Below are positions 10,390 to 23,610 of a DNA stretch of 64,000 bases, one piece after another. The stretch is from Ruditapes philippinarum. Taxonomy: Eukaryota. Positions within the stretch are counted from its first letter, which is position 1, and each line of letters begins with the position of its first letter. The notes beneath the pieces are model-generated. The model made no database searches, was not told the DNA's origin, and saw nothing but the letters and a program-made list of their open reading frames with translations. The translations under genes and the position numbers were made by a program. Location of the stretch: contig NW_026852998.1 in NCBI RefSeq assembly GCF_026571515.1, positions 558,001 through 622,000 on the forward strand. The letters run 5' to 3'.

Positions 10390-13026
10390 CATCAGACTGG
10401 AAGGACATTGCTGGCTTGATGGTCCCAGTTCCATAGGATAGCTACTGGGCAAGAAATGTGTGTACATGAGCATGCTTTTGTTACACCTGCTTGCTTATAG
10501 AAATGTATCTAGGTAGTGGTGATGGGAGAGGATTTTATGGGAGATGATAGTGATGTTTATTACAGACCAGATGTATACATAGCTAGATAGAAGCATGATG
10601 CTGTATATATCTATCTTATATGGTAATATTGAATTTAAGAACCTTCTTCAAATATCTATTAATATATTAGTAGACATAGTCATTCTTTATGATAGTTCTA
10701 ACTAATTAGTAACTTTTCAACTGGACTTACCAGTATATCTAATGGGGATTTTTTTCTTCAGAACTTTAGTGTAAAAAATTCTTTAGCCTTTCTATTGGAG
10801 ATAATTTAAGTGTAAAAAATTCTTTAGCCTTTCTATTGGATATAATTTATATATATGAAAATACAGAGTTTCTCAATATTTATGAGTAGCCTTTCAAGTT
10901 ACTTTTAAAGAGAGTTTACCATTTTATCCATTTTATAAGTTAGGACAAGAAATTTGCAACTTAACACTATTTGATCAATTTATTTATCAGTGATATTTAA
11001 TGTCTTGGACATGCAAGTCTATATTCAAAGACAGGTGACAGTTATTTTTTATATTAAACAATGTTCTGTCTTATTATTTTATGACCTAGGGTGCTTAAAT
11101 GCTTTAAATGTCATTCATGATTGCTTTGCTTTCCATGTCAAAATAAATACAAGAATTGTTTTTCCCAAATGAAAATGCAGGTATGCTTTCTACTTAGTTT
11201 AAACAAAAATAAGCCTCTTGTCACAACCATTGTGAGATAAATGTACCTGCCTCATATGTAGCACTAAGCATGCTCGGGGCAACAGATCCTACACATAATA
11301 CCAGTGCAGACCAAGATCAGCCAGCACATGGTCTGCACTGTTTCCTATTCAGTATGTATTTTTTTTTTTTTGAATTTAACCCTAAAAATGATGAATGGTT
11401 TTGTCATAATAGAAAGATGGACAAGTCCATTAAATATATTTAGTGTGGTAAGATTTAATTAAATACAACAGTCTCACAATAAGAGGATGTTTGTAGATTA
11501 CAGCATAGAAATAATTCTAGGATTAAATACTGGTATGTTTAGTTTATAGCTTGCTTGCATACTAGAGTACATCTGATTCTTTTTAATCATTTAATGAATA
11601 TAAAGTTGCTGATAGCTTCTTCTTCAATATATTTATTTTCTGCATCATCAACCTTTCCCAGATCAAATTTCATATTAATGTTCCTTGTTATACTTTGATT
11701 TAGATCTGTCCATTCTTTCTTAATTGGATTTTAGTTCCAAAACACAAAACAGGTCAGTCTCTCTATAGATATATCTCCACTAGTTTTAAACTTGGGATGA
11801 TTGTCCCTAGTGCTCAAAAGGTTGAAAGTTGATAATGCCCAGTCAGTATAGAGAAGTTGCTATTTCTGCATATTTTGCATTGTTATTTCTACAAGTGCCT
11901 TAAGGTCAGTTAAACCTTTTTGTTTGTATTACAACATTTATATCAATTGTAACAATTTAATAACTTTTATGAAGATTAAGAAGAGTATGAAAACTTGTTG
12001 TTGCTTTAAAAAATAACAAAGTATAAGTTAATGTAAATTTCTTATCACATAAGTATTAACGCTTAATTACAAATAGAGATTTTTTACAGTTGTTTGTCAA
12101 CCAAGAAAGTTTGGTACTTTTGTTATCGAAGTAATTGTTAAGGTACACAAATGTATTTGAAGACACATTTGACCATAACTTTTTGGTTTGTTTTGAATTT
12201 GTATTCTTCTTTTTGGAATATATATTTTTGAATGCCTATTTATTGAGCATAACTGTGTTTTTTTTCTTTCAAATTACCAAATATTTCTATAATTGTGTTT
12301 ATGATGTAAGGATATATATGGCGTGAAGAAGAAACTATTAATTAAAATGCATGTTAATACTTTAATTGATTATTTAACATTTTCATTTGATGAATATTTA
12401 ATATACTTTTTAACTTTATTTTTCAAGGTAAATATGTAAATAAGTTATTAGACAAATTATTGAATATTGATTGACCTAACTTAGTTACAATTGAATTAAT
12501 TACTTCAAAGTATGACATAAATTAAAACTTAACGTGTTTAAGATCATTTGTAAATCTATTCAGTTAAAACTTTATTGTGTAAGTTTAATTTGGAGAAATA
12601 TCTGAACTGAAGCCATTTACTTTTGAATCTGCCTTTTATAAAACCAGTACAGATGGCGTATTAAGTAACTTATAAAAGACTTTAATAGAGCTTATATAAA
12701 TGATCTTTGACTTGAAAAGCAAATGATTTACTTCACGGAAAATGTAGCAATGTTAGTACATGTACAATAAAGAAAATATTGCCAGTAATTTTTAAATTGT
12801 TGAAATTCTTAAAAATCTAACTTATTTCCTGATTAAAAGTAAATGACTGTTTAATGATTTATATGTTTCAGGTTGACACTAGATTTTGGAATGGATCTTC
12901 ATCTTGTAAATGAATACAGAATATAACAAAGCCAGCATCATCTTGGGTAGATTAGTTCAGGACTGTTTGTATAATCAGAGTAGTGTTATCTTTATCATCA
13001 CATTGATATCAACATCACCATGCTTT

Positions 13027-13765
13027 CATCTTCCCAGTGATATCATCTTCACATTGATATCTTCAACTTCACAATGGTATCATCTTCAACTTCACAGTGA
13101 TATCATCTTCAACTTCACAGTGATATCACCTTCAAGTTCACAATGGTATCATCTTCAACTTCACAGTGATATCACCTTCAACTTCAAAATGATATTACCT
13201 TCAACTTCACAGTGATATCACCTTCAACCACACAGTGATATCACCTTCAACTTCACAGTGATACCATCTTCAACTTCACAGTGATATCACCTTCAACATC
13301 ACAGTGATATCATCTCCAACTTCACAATGATATCATCTGCAAATTTACAATGATATCATCTGCAACATCACAATGATATCACCTTCAACTTCACAATGGT
13401 ATCATCTTCAACTTCACAGTGATATCACCTTCAACATCACAATGTTATCTGCAACTTTACAGTGATACCATCTTCAACATCACAATGATATCATCTTTAA
13501 CATCACAATGATTTCATCTGCATTTTCCCAGTGATCATCGTCTTCAACTTCGCAGTAATATCATCTTCAACTTCACAGTGATATCTTTTCAACTTCACAG
13601 CAATATCATCTTCAACTACACAATGATATCATCTTCAGCTTCATAGTGATATCTCTACAACTTTACAGCAATATCATCTTCAACTTCACATTGATTTCAA
13701 CTTCACAGCGATATCATCTTTGTAATGATATTATCTTCAATTTCACAGTGGTATGATTTTCAACA
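13027..13765. repeat. 23-bp minisatellite (CTTCAACTTCACAGTGATATCAT)n, about 30 degenerate copies
   Basis: Directly visible tandem array, degenerating towards both ends. Confidence 0.9.
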
Positions 13766-14099
13766 TGGCATACTTATCACGTGTAGTGTTTCAAGCAATA
13801 ATGACTCACTCATGCCTACAGTATAGAACCAGGCTAGAACGTCCTTACCATACAGTGTCACATTCTGTTATACTGTTTACTTTTAATGGTAGTATTTGAT
13901 AGTGAAAAATCATTAACTGGCTGTGAACTGATCTTATGTCAAAGTAGGAATATGTTATAGTTCATAGTATAAATTTAGCAAAGTTCTTGAAAAATGGTCT
14001 CTTTAGTAAACTATTAATGTAATGAAACTTATTGTAGATATTGGTTGTAATTTAGTAATCTTACATCAATATTTTCACTCCATATGTAGAGTTTTCAAA

Positions 14100-14940
14100 T
14101 TTTTATGCCCCCACAGAGTGGGAGCATATAGCGTTGCACTTGTCCGTCCGAGTGTCCGTCCGTCTGGCCGTACGTCCCGAAATCTTGTGAACGCAACTCC
14201 TCTTAAACAGGATGGCAGATTTTGCTTAAACTTCCAGGGATGAACAACCTTAATGTGTAGATGGCAGTAAAGGAAGGAATTTTTGCTGCAACCAAATTTA
14301 ACAGAATTATGGCCCTTTGTTGATTTTTTCACTATATACTATGTAGAAATTTTGTGAACGCAACTCCTCTTAAACCGGATGGCAGATTTTGCTTAAACTT
14401 TTAGGGACAAACAACCTTAATGTGTAGATGGCAGTAAAGGGAGGAATTTTTGCTGCGACCAAATTTAACAGAATTATGGCCCTTTGTTGATTTTTTCACT
14501 ATATACTATGTAGAAATTTTGTGAACGCAACTCCTCTTAAACCGGATGGCAAATTTTGCTTTAACTTCCAGGGATGAACAACCTTAATGTGTAGATGGTA
14601 GCAAAGGAAGGAATTTTTGCTTCGACCAAATTTAACAGAATTATGGCCCTTTGTTCATTTTTTCACTATATACTATGTAGAAATTTTGTGAATGCAACTC
14701 CTCTTAAACTTGATGGCAGATTTTGCTTAAACTTCCAGGGATGAACAACCTTAATGTGTAGATGGTAGTGAAGGAAGGAATTTTTGCTGCAACCAAATTT
14801 AACAGAATTATGGCCCTTTGTTGATTTTTAGTTTTCAACTTGTGGCACATGTAGTCCAAAAAATATTTGACCTAGCGTCATAAGATTGACAGAACAGTGG
14901 CGTGTGGGGGCATCCGTGTCCTATGGACACATTTCCAGTT
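14100..14940 (+). mobile_element. HINE/pearl-like element with ~4 x 167-bp internal tandem repeats
   Basis: 5' T-run + TGCCCCCAC subTIR, (GTCC)n microsatellite, units starting at 14187/14354/14521/14688, 3' GTGGGGGCA subTIR + GTGTCC..GGACAC hairpin + CCAGTT end. Confidence 0.88.
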
Positions 14941-17865
14941 TTATTGTTATTGTAATTTTATTTGTAAAAAGAAATCCATTACTGTCTTGAATGTGTAAAA
15001 TGTTGAATAATAGTCATTGCTGTACATAAATGTGGTGACATGTGCTCTTTACAACATAGTGTATATAAAAGTAATAGACATTAATCTAGCCTAAGTTTAC
15101 ATTATGTAGATAAAAGTTATTCATTTTACTGTATTTTTTAGAGAAATATTTGTATTATGTATGTTATATAGATTATAAAAGTGCTAATTTTTGCGTTCAA
15201 AAATTTTAACACTAGTGAATTGATTTAGAGGTCAAGGTCACAGTGCCATTCTGTGTAAAAATTTGTTTCATAAACCCTTTAATTTATTAGGGATGTTCCC
15301 TTATGTCCAGTAGATGCTATATGTTGATTTGAGGTCATCGAGTCAACAGTCAAGGTCATTGTGACATTATGTAAATTCTTTGTCTTACAAAAAACTTTAG
15401 ATGTAGTAAACCTAGTTTATGTAACTTTGTAGGGACATTGTCCTATGGCCTGTAGGAGACCCCTATCAACTGAATTTAAGGTCATAGGCCAGAAGTAACA
15501 AATGAAATATTTGTCTTATCAAGAATAAGAGTTTCTTCAGTCATAGGTTTTTGAAATTTATTTGTTATAATGCTATCGATATATATATGACATATTGATA
15601 CAACACTTTGCTTTTATAAAAAAAAATATGCATACTGTAAGCTTCTAAGTATTCCACTGTGACAGCAAATTAAGTGCAGTCATAAGTGTCCTTTGGACAC
15701 ATTTATAGTATTTTTCTATGAAGATGATAATACTGTAATTTATAATTGCTGTATAAATATATGTAATATTGTTGCATTAAGCCACTATGCAAAGAATTTT
15801 GTTCCAGTGATGTTATGTGATATTTGTCTAGTGTGCTTTAATAGCTTTTCTTTAAAGTTTACAATTTTTTCACGACCGTAAAAGAGTTTGTATCGGTCTG
15901 TTTGTTCAACATTGGTATTGTTTAAAGCATTATTTTACTGGTGAAATATCTAAAGTTACTATTGTCAGTCACATTATTTTAGCTTACAATATCTGACAGG
16001 TGTAAATTACCATGATTATACTAACCTCACTAGCCATTTGTTTTTTCAACATTCATTTAAAGTTTGATGTCTCCTGCTTAGTGAGTTATGGCATTTCAAG
16101 TCCACTGGACTTGACTGGACCGTGCTGATTCAAATAATTTCTTCCATTTTAGTTTAACTCAAAGGGATTAAAAGATTGTTGTTTGTAGCTGTTTATCTCT
16201 TTGCTATATCTCATCTTCCACTGCTGGGTATTTTCAAGCCATTAAATATGTCCCCTGTTCTATGAATCTTCATCTGTCTGTTTAAGCAAAATAAAGCATT
16301 TGGCTATGTTATGGTATAGATTCTGACCATTTTGTCAGACACTCCCTTGATGATAATTCTAGAATTCCCTTAATTTCAGTATAAAATTTAATGAATACCC
16401 TTATTGATGATTTAAGTTTCTGAAATCCCTAAAGGATAGTTTTTGAGTTTAATTTATGACAGTTTTTGAATTCAATTTATGTTTGATTTTGAGTTCCTTT
16501 CAGGATAATCATTCTCAACATAATTAGGTGTATCATTGTTACAATTACAATGCAATAAATTTGAAAATGAAACAAGGTTTGAAAGATAGCAGATTTATTA
16601 ATATAATTACATGTATTTAAAAAGTAAATAATTATATCTTTGATTTAAACATTACACAGGTTTATACATTATAGAAATTATTTACATTAAATTACGTTGC
16701 CAGGTACCAGATAGTAGAATACATATATCCCTCTGTAATATACTAATTACAGTTGTATATGTTGGCTAGAATTCATTACAATTGATTGTCACATTTTATT
16801 TTTTGCATAATAATATGTATCTTATTTTCTGTTCAGCTATTAAAGGAACTCCACTGAGGTAGAAAAAAACATTAAATTTTAATTTCATACATTCTTATAG
16901 AATGGCTATATATATATATGTATTTTATATTATGTTGTATATAGATGAGACTGGATTAAATAAATAAATTAATTAATTAATATACCTATATCACCTGGGG
17001 TACTTAAACTGTAAAGATATGCAAAAAATGAAATGAAAATATACACAGAATTAATTTGAAAACTGTATTTTTGTTTGATTCTTAACCAATTTGATTTAAA
17101 TGTAGTAACTATTTTCATTTTTTAAATATATAAAAAAAATTGTTGTTAGTAAATTGATCTAGAATGCATCAAGTTGAACATTATTGTAATATTAAAAAAA
17201 GTATTTTCAGTCCCATTATGTAAAATAACCATAGTGGAGTCCCTTTTAATATAGATATATTTTCATAGTTGAGTGTTAGTGGCATGATTAAATTGATATA
17301 AGCAAATTTCATTTAGCCATGCTATAATGTCATTATGTGCTAGTTAGTCACTCTTCAATTTTTATACATTACTATATTTTAATTACATTTTTTTCCGTTG
17401 TTATCCATCTTCTAGTGCCTATTGGTTGTGTAATTTCATGTCTTTTATGTAATTTCATGATAAGATGACTATTGTCTTTAAGTATTAACCTTGCTCTGAG
17501 AATGATATGTGCTGTTATTTTGATGTGAGAATATTACATTTCATTATCAGAAAAAATGGGTCTTTACTTACATCTATAGTTAAACCGGAGGTCTACTTGA
17601 TATTAATTAATGTCCTGTGAAACATATTTTGTTGGTTTTATCCACACGCATAATTATCCAGAAATGGCTACATATGACATGATTTTCCTGACTTCAGAAT
17701 TTGAAAAGTACAAAATTTTATTGTACATTCAATGTACCTTTGTACCTGTAAAATACTGAACAGAATGGTTGCTATAGAAATAGAAACATATTTTAGGTTT
17801 AAACAATGAAATGAAGTAAAAGAAAATAAGAATCTAATGTAAAGAATCAGGTCTTGCCCCATAAG

Positions 17866-18050
17866 AGGAGCAATTGCCTAGTGGCTAAGGTGTCTGCCTT
17901 TCAATTCAGAGGTCCTGGGCTTGAGTGCTACTGAAGTCACAGCCGTGTTTTCTTTATGACACAAATAATCGTACGTTTCAGGAAAAAGACTGTTTGATAT
18001 TTATTGCAAGAATTTGTTTCACCGTCAAGCATTAATGAATATGTTGTAAC
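17866..18050 (+). mobile_element. Degenerate tRNA-derived SINE
   Basis: A-box-like TTGCCTAGTGGCTAAGG, decayed B box, non-tRNA body. Confidence 0.45.
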
Positions 18051-20300
18051 TTAACTGTCTTTTTACTATGAAACCAAACATGTATGATCAGCCTTTATTA
18101 GAAGTAAAGATTTTGAAATTAATGTAGGCAGTTAAATTCATACTTTTCCAGTCAAATGTTTCACAAAATGTTTACAAAATATGATTGATATGTTTTAGAG
18201 AGCCTGGTTAATCCTATTAGACAATGAAATGTAGATTTTAATAATAGTGATAATCTGTTTTTGTGATATATATATATTGTATACTGTTGTCTCGTATTTA
18301 TCTGTTTACACTAGTATTTGTGTTATTTTCAGTACTTTTATTCCATATAACATGTTAATTGTTGCTTTTTTATATTTCAAATACATAACTTCAAAAATAA
18401 TTTATTATCATTTTTTGTCCTTATAATGGTAACTATTCTATGCAGTGTTACCTGGAGTTGTACTATGGCTCGGTCACTTGAGTAAAGTCCATATGCTTTC
18501 CTTAAAGCCTTTACCAGATTTCAAGTGAAGTACATCCCAATTTTAAATATCTTTAGCACAAAGTGCGTATAGCATATCTTTTGTAGAAAATATTTCATAG
18601 AAAATATGTAGGAAAATAAGTTTTAAAGATCGTCTGTTCATAGACCAGCGCATAGAAATTTGGTATAGAGCATATTTAATCGTCCTCAACAAAACTTTTT
18701 TAAAAATCGCATAAAAAACCTTGAGTATGGAACTACAGGTGCTCTAGGTTTTAGGTATAAAGCATGTGTCGTTGACTTTGAGTCCTCTATGAAAATTAGA
18801 TTATAATACTAGTACAGCGTGCCCCAGGAGTCAAAATGGTTCAGCCATGGGTGCCATTTTGTTACCTAGATTTATTTAGGCAAAAACAAAACAAAACAAA
18901 AACACACATTTTTAAAAATCATCTGAAACAAAAAGTTCCAAAGTTTACATTTTTGGCATTGCTTTGTGGCAAAAGATATTAATGGTCAAAGAAATCGTGT
19001 ATTACATATCCATAATTAGGTCCTTCTCTGGTATTGCTCTGAAGCTTTTTAGTGAGCACCATCCCTACTTTTTCGTACCACCCGACATTTCTTCCTACTC
19101 TACGAGGTACTGCTTTACTACTTAGTGACAATCATTCCCACGTTCAGCTAGACAGCTCTTATTTAGCATTGTCTAGTAGATTAAATTATAGCAAGCTGTT
19201 TTAGTAAATATTGCCCTTAGAGTCAAATTTATATGTCCACATTTCGATGGCATAAAAACCAAGGAAATGGCTTTTAAAGACTTTTTCCTTGGAAATTTAT
19301 AAGTTATTTATTTAAAACCGTCTATTATATTTCAAACGTATATGAAAGCCTTATTGTCAAAAGTGACCCACCTTTTGCATATGTTTATCTGCATTTCTGA
19401 CTTAAAGGATAGCTATTTAATTCCATAAAGACCTCTTGTTTGTTGATTTGGTTGCACAAACACTAAGCGTTTCCAGTTTCATGAGTAAAGTTGTCAGGAA
19501 AGACCCTTTCCTTTCTGCCATTCTTTGCGTGATTTTACTCACGCGGACAAGGCTACTGCTCCAAATTAATTTCCCGTAGCACGTTCAGGGAAGTGGTTGT
19601 TTTAGTTGTCTATTTATAGAAAACCACATGCGCTATCGACATTGACTGTCATTGAAGTAAAATGGGTTATAATCCGGATTTTCAGGTTTCGAATTATATA
19701 AAGTTGAATTAAATTATTGATATTTTCGGCTAATACTTAATTTTAAAGAGGTAAGAATTGTTTCTTTGGTCGTTGATATACGTACTTAGCAAAATAATTA
19801 CGGCCTTCATATCCATGTACAGTACAGTATTGCTTTAACTGTTTAATACTTTCATATACTTACACATACGCGTCATTTAAGAAGACATAAAAAGGAAATT
19901 GATGAACTACACATGTTTAAGATTTTTGTGACTCTATTATATCATCACATAATCTAATTTCATTTAATTTACGAAAAAATAATTAATAAGAGTCAATGTC
20001 AAGGTATTCTGACGTCTAATTTTTCTATGGAACGCCATTAATGAGTTCTTTACAGTATTACTTTTAAATGGCCATATGTGAAATTTATATAATTTGAAAT
20101 TTCTGTTTAGCGCTGCGCATTATCAGAATTATTTTAACTTTAAAGATATATATATATACATGTAGAAAAATCAATAACGAAAATCCCAGTAATTCATCAC
20201 TTTCAAAGGCCTTGTATAGTTCTGTTGTGCCATTCATTTTAAAATCACAGGTTGGCAATGTAGAAATGACGTTTAAAGTAATTTGCATTTCAGATAGAAG

Positions 20301-21281
20301 ATGTTTTCTAAGTCTTCATCCACGAGAATAACGTGCAAGTTAATACGGAGGTGTTTTACTTCTCAGGTTCAGACATCTACCGCTTGCAGCGTCGGCTGCA
20401 TAGATTCTGTGAACAGATTTCTAGATAAATATGATACATTTATGCTGGATTGTGACGGCGTATTGTGGAGGGGTGATCATATTACTCCTGTAGAAGGAAT
20501 CTCAAAGGCCATAGAGAAGCTTCAGAGTTTAAACAAGCGTGTTTTATTCGTAACAAACAACAGTATTGCTTCACGATTGATGTTGCAACAAAAATTTCAG
20601 AGCTACGGGTTTGATTCATCGTTGGAAAATATATTTGGAAATGGATATATTGCCGCAAGAGTCATTAGAGACGTTCTAAAAGTTAGCGGGAAAGTATATC
20701 TGGTTGGTGGACCCGGCATCAAGTGGGAATTAGACCAGCTTGGCGTAGATAATGTCGGTTTTGGTGTGGACCCTGATAACCCGACAAGTGACGAGCAGGA
20801 ATTACTAAATCATTCATTTGATGACAATATAGAGGCTGTTCTTGTAGGCCATGATGAATACATGAGCTACAATAAAATTTATAAAGCAGCTTCATATATC
20901 TGCGATCCGAGATGTCACTTCATAGCGACCAATAACGTAGAAAAGGGGATCTTTATCGGCGACGGGGTCAATAAACGCCGTATGCCGCTAGCCGGTATGG
21001 TTGTGAACGCTATAACAGAAGTTGCTGGTAGAAAGCCACTGGTGGTCGGGAAACCAAATAGGTTCATGTTGGACTGTATTGTCGGTAAACATTGTGATAT
21101 TGATTTCAGCAGAACTGTTTTCGTCGGTGATCGTCTTCAGACTGACGTAAAGTTTGCTAAAACTAACGGTATTGATTCCGTTTTAGTGTTGACTGGTGTT
21201 GGCAAGGTTGAGGACATCGATAGTAATCCAGAGTTGACACCGAATTATGTGATGCATTCTCTTTCAGACATTGTTCACTGA
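20301..21281 (+). CDS. HAD-IIA phosphatase, PGP/glycerol-3-phosphate phosphatase / chronophin (PDXP) family; paralog 1
   Basis: Motif I DCDGVLW, motif II VTNNS, motif III GKP, motif IV GDRLQTD, then LVLTGV. Single coding exon preceded by acceptor TTTCAG at 20293; candidate 5'-UTR donor GAG|GTAAGA at 19750/19751. Confidence 0.93.
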   Translation: MFSKSSSTRITCKLIRRCFTSQVQTSTACSVGCIDSVNRFLDKYDTFMLDCDGVLWRGDHITPVEGISKAIEKLQSLNKRVLFVTNNSIASRLMLQQKFQSYGFDSSLENIFGNGYIAARVIRDVLKVSGKVYLVGGPGIKWELDQLGVDNVGFGVDPDNPTSDEQELLNHSFDDNIEAVLVGHDEYMSYNKIYKAASYICDPRCHFIATNNVEKGIFIGDGVNKRRMPLAGMVVNAITEVAGRKPLVVGKPNRFMLDCIVGKHCDIDFSRTVFVGDRLQTDVKFAKTNGIDSVLVLTGVGKVEDIDSNPELTPNYVMHSLSDIVH

Positions 21282-22623
21282 TATATTTACAAAATCATTT
21301 TATGTAATTTTACTTCTTTGCAGCTACTAAAAACAAAATTCTCAAAACTTTGAATTCCACATGACTTTTATTTTAATTGTCAAATAGCTGATGTAAATAC
21401 ACTTAACATAATTGATATTTATTAAATCAGGAATACTATTATATGATATTATCTCTTTAGAATTAAAGTATTAATTACTAAACAATATAGTGTTCAGTGT
21501 TGGAACTTCTGTAGCCAGGTCATGTACGTACTTGTTTGTAAAAGTAAACTTATTTATAAGCAGTTCCATCTTATTTTAATCTGTTTATAAGCAGTTCCAT
21601 CTTATTTTAATCATTCGATTTGTTTGATTATTTCTGAACTTCATAAGTACTTAATTCACTTTGAAATTAACTTTATTTAATTATTTTACTTATGAATGTT
21701 TTTACATTATTCAACTTTTCTTTCAAAAATATATTTTAAACAAAATTATGCATTGTGCAGTTTCTTGAAATTATTTCTATATTTTTGAAGTAGGGTCTTT
21801 CAAATAGTATTTCTACTTAAAGACCTTGTTTTAACAAGAAGCCAAATATTTCTACCGGTTGTTACCTATTTATAATAATTTTTCGGTAAAATGTTCATAC
21901 ATTTCCACTGAATTTATGCAAAACTGTTATGATAAATGCATAGCGCTAATATTTTAATGTTTATTGAATATCTAAAATGTAAAAGGTTATTACCGTATGT
22001 AGTATGGCACGTTAGTAAAGAACGCGTCACGTCACTAAGATATAAACCATGTAACACTTATTAACAGTGAAAAAGACCGGATTTCGGCCAGAGGCTATAT
22101 TTAGAACACGGTTTTATGTAATTTTGACCATCGAAACCATTGTTGTATTGTCAGTTGTTCGTGTGACAGGAAGTAGGTAAGATATTTATTGTTTCGAATC
22201 GCTGTCATTTAAATGTAAATCGTAAAATATATTCAATATTAATAACATTGTATACAAATATTCTTCGAAAAATAAAGCCATCGGCAATTAATTTATCTTA
22301 TTTTCAAAGTTCAAAGGAGGTTAGACTAATCAGATCTAGAATGATATAATGATTATTTTAAATGATAATTTTTCTTTCTCTGATCATGATAATTTTTCTT
22401 TCTCTGATCATAGTCTTTCGGCATGCGACAAAACAATTTTTGACTTTTTTGTGTACTATGGAACGCCACTTCCGACTTCTTTTGACTGGTTAACAATTTT
22501 GCCCAGTTGTCAATAGATCTCGTTTTCAATTCTTTAACTTGAACAATCTATTAGCAAATAACCCCATGTTTATGTCATTCCTTATTCATTTCAGATGTTA
22601 GAGGAATTCACGCTAAAAATACA

Positions 22624-23610
22624 ATGTTTTCGAAGTCAATTTCTAGGCACATGACGTATAAAAACGTACGGAGGTATTTTAATTCTGTCTTGAATAATGA
22701 AACTCTGGCTTCTGTGATAAGTGTTGAATGTAAGGACTCGATAGATCGCTTTCTGGACAGATATGATACGTTTATGTTTGACTGTGATGGTGTTTTATGG
22801 AGAAATGATCATATAACACCAATACCTGGTATAAACAATGCAATACAAAAGTTACAATCACTTAATAAACGCATTTTGTATGTAACTAATAACAGCATTG
22901 TATCACGTGATTCGCTGCAACGGAAGTTTCACAGTCATGGATTTGAATCACCTCTAGAAAACATATTTGGCAACGGATACTCGGCAGCCGTTTTCATTAA
23001 AGAGCTTCTAAAAGTGTCTGGAAAAGTTTACCTCGTTGGTGGTGCTGGGATGAAATGGGAGTTGGACCAAGTCGGTTTGGAATCCGTTGGAATGGGCTCG
23101 GATTCAGACACCCCTTCGTCGGATGTTAACGATCTGCTTAAGTATAGATTACATGACGATATCGAAGCAGTGCTTGTAGGTTTTGACGAACATTTTAGCT
23201 TCAATAAGATATGCAAAGCTTCCACGTATATCAGTAATCCACAATGTCATTTCATTGCAACAAACAGTATAGAAAAAGGGACGTTTATTGGTCAAGCAGA
23301 CAACAGACGGCGTATGCCTTTAACTGGCATGATGGTTAATGCAATATCTGAAACAGCTAATAGAATTCCAGTGATTGTCGGTAAACCTAATACAGTCATG
23401 TTTGAGTGTATCAAAAAGAAACACGATATAGATAACAGTCGCACAGTGTTTATTGGTGACAGCCTCAAGGCCGACATGGGATTTGCTAAAACAGTTGGGA
23501 TAGATTCTGCCTTAGTTTTGACAGGTGTAAGTAGTCTGAAAGATTTAAGAGATTGTCCAGATTTGACTCCAACTTACGTCATTAATTGCTTTGCGGACAT
23601 TGTGACATAG
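22624..23610 (+). CDS. HAD-IIA phosphatase, PGP/chronophin family; paralog 2 (tandem duplicate)
   Basis: Same motifs (DCDGVLW, VTNNS, GKP, GDSLKAD, LVLTGV); colinear with paralog 1. Acceptor TTTCAG at 22594; candidate UTR donor TAG|GTAAGA near 22177. Confidence 0.93.
   Translation: MFSKSISRHMTYKNVRRYFNSVLNNETLASVISVECKDSIDRFLDRYDTFMFDCDGVLWRNDHITPIPGINNAIQKLQSLNKRILYVTNNSIVSRDSLQRKFHSHGFESPLENIFGNGYSAAVFIKELLKVSGKVYLVGGAGMKWELDQVGLESVGMGSDSDTPSSDVNDLLKYRLHDDIEAVLVGFDEHFSFNKICKASTYISNPQCHFIATNSIEKGTFIGQADNRRRMPLTGMMVNAISETANRIPVIVGKPNTVMFECIKKKHDIDNSRTVFIGDSLKADMGFAKTVGIDSALVLTGVSSLKDLRDCPDLTPTYVINCFADIVT

Noticed and set aside
10768-10850. Short local tandem duplications (also 3295-3325, 21554-21612, 22362-22410)
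   Set aside because: Two-copy slippage duplications with no further structure.
13027-13765. Short regular repeats resembling a CRISPR array, and ORF 12910-13215
   Set aside because: Contiguous 23-bp units with no unique spacers, in eukaryotic DNA; the ORF is a by-product of the repeat.
20301-23610. Bacterial horizontal transfer or retrocopy origin for the intronless phosphatases
   Set aside because: The motifs (DCDGVLW, VLVGxD) fit the eukaryotic PGP/PDXP family, both have spliceosomal leader-intron signals, and no poly-A/TSD scars are visible. A phylogeny would be needed to claim otherwise.
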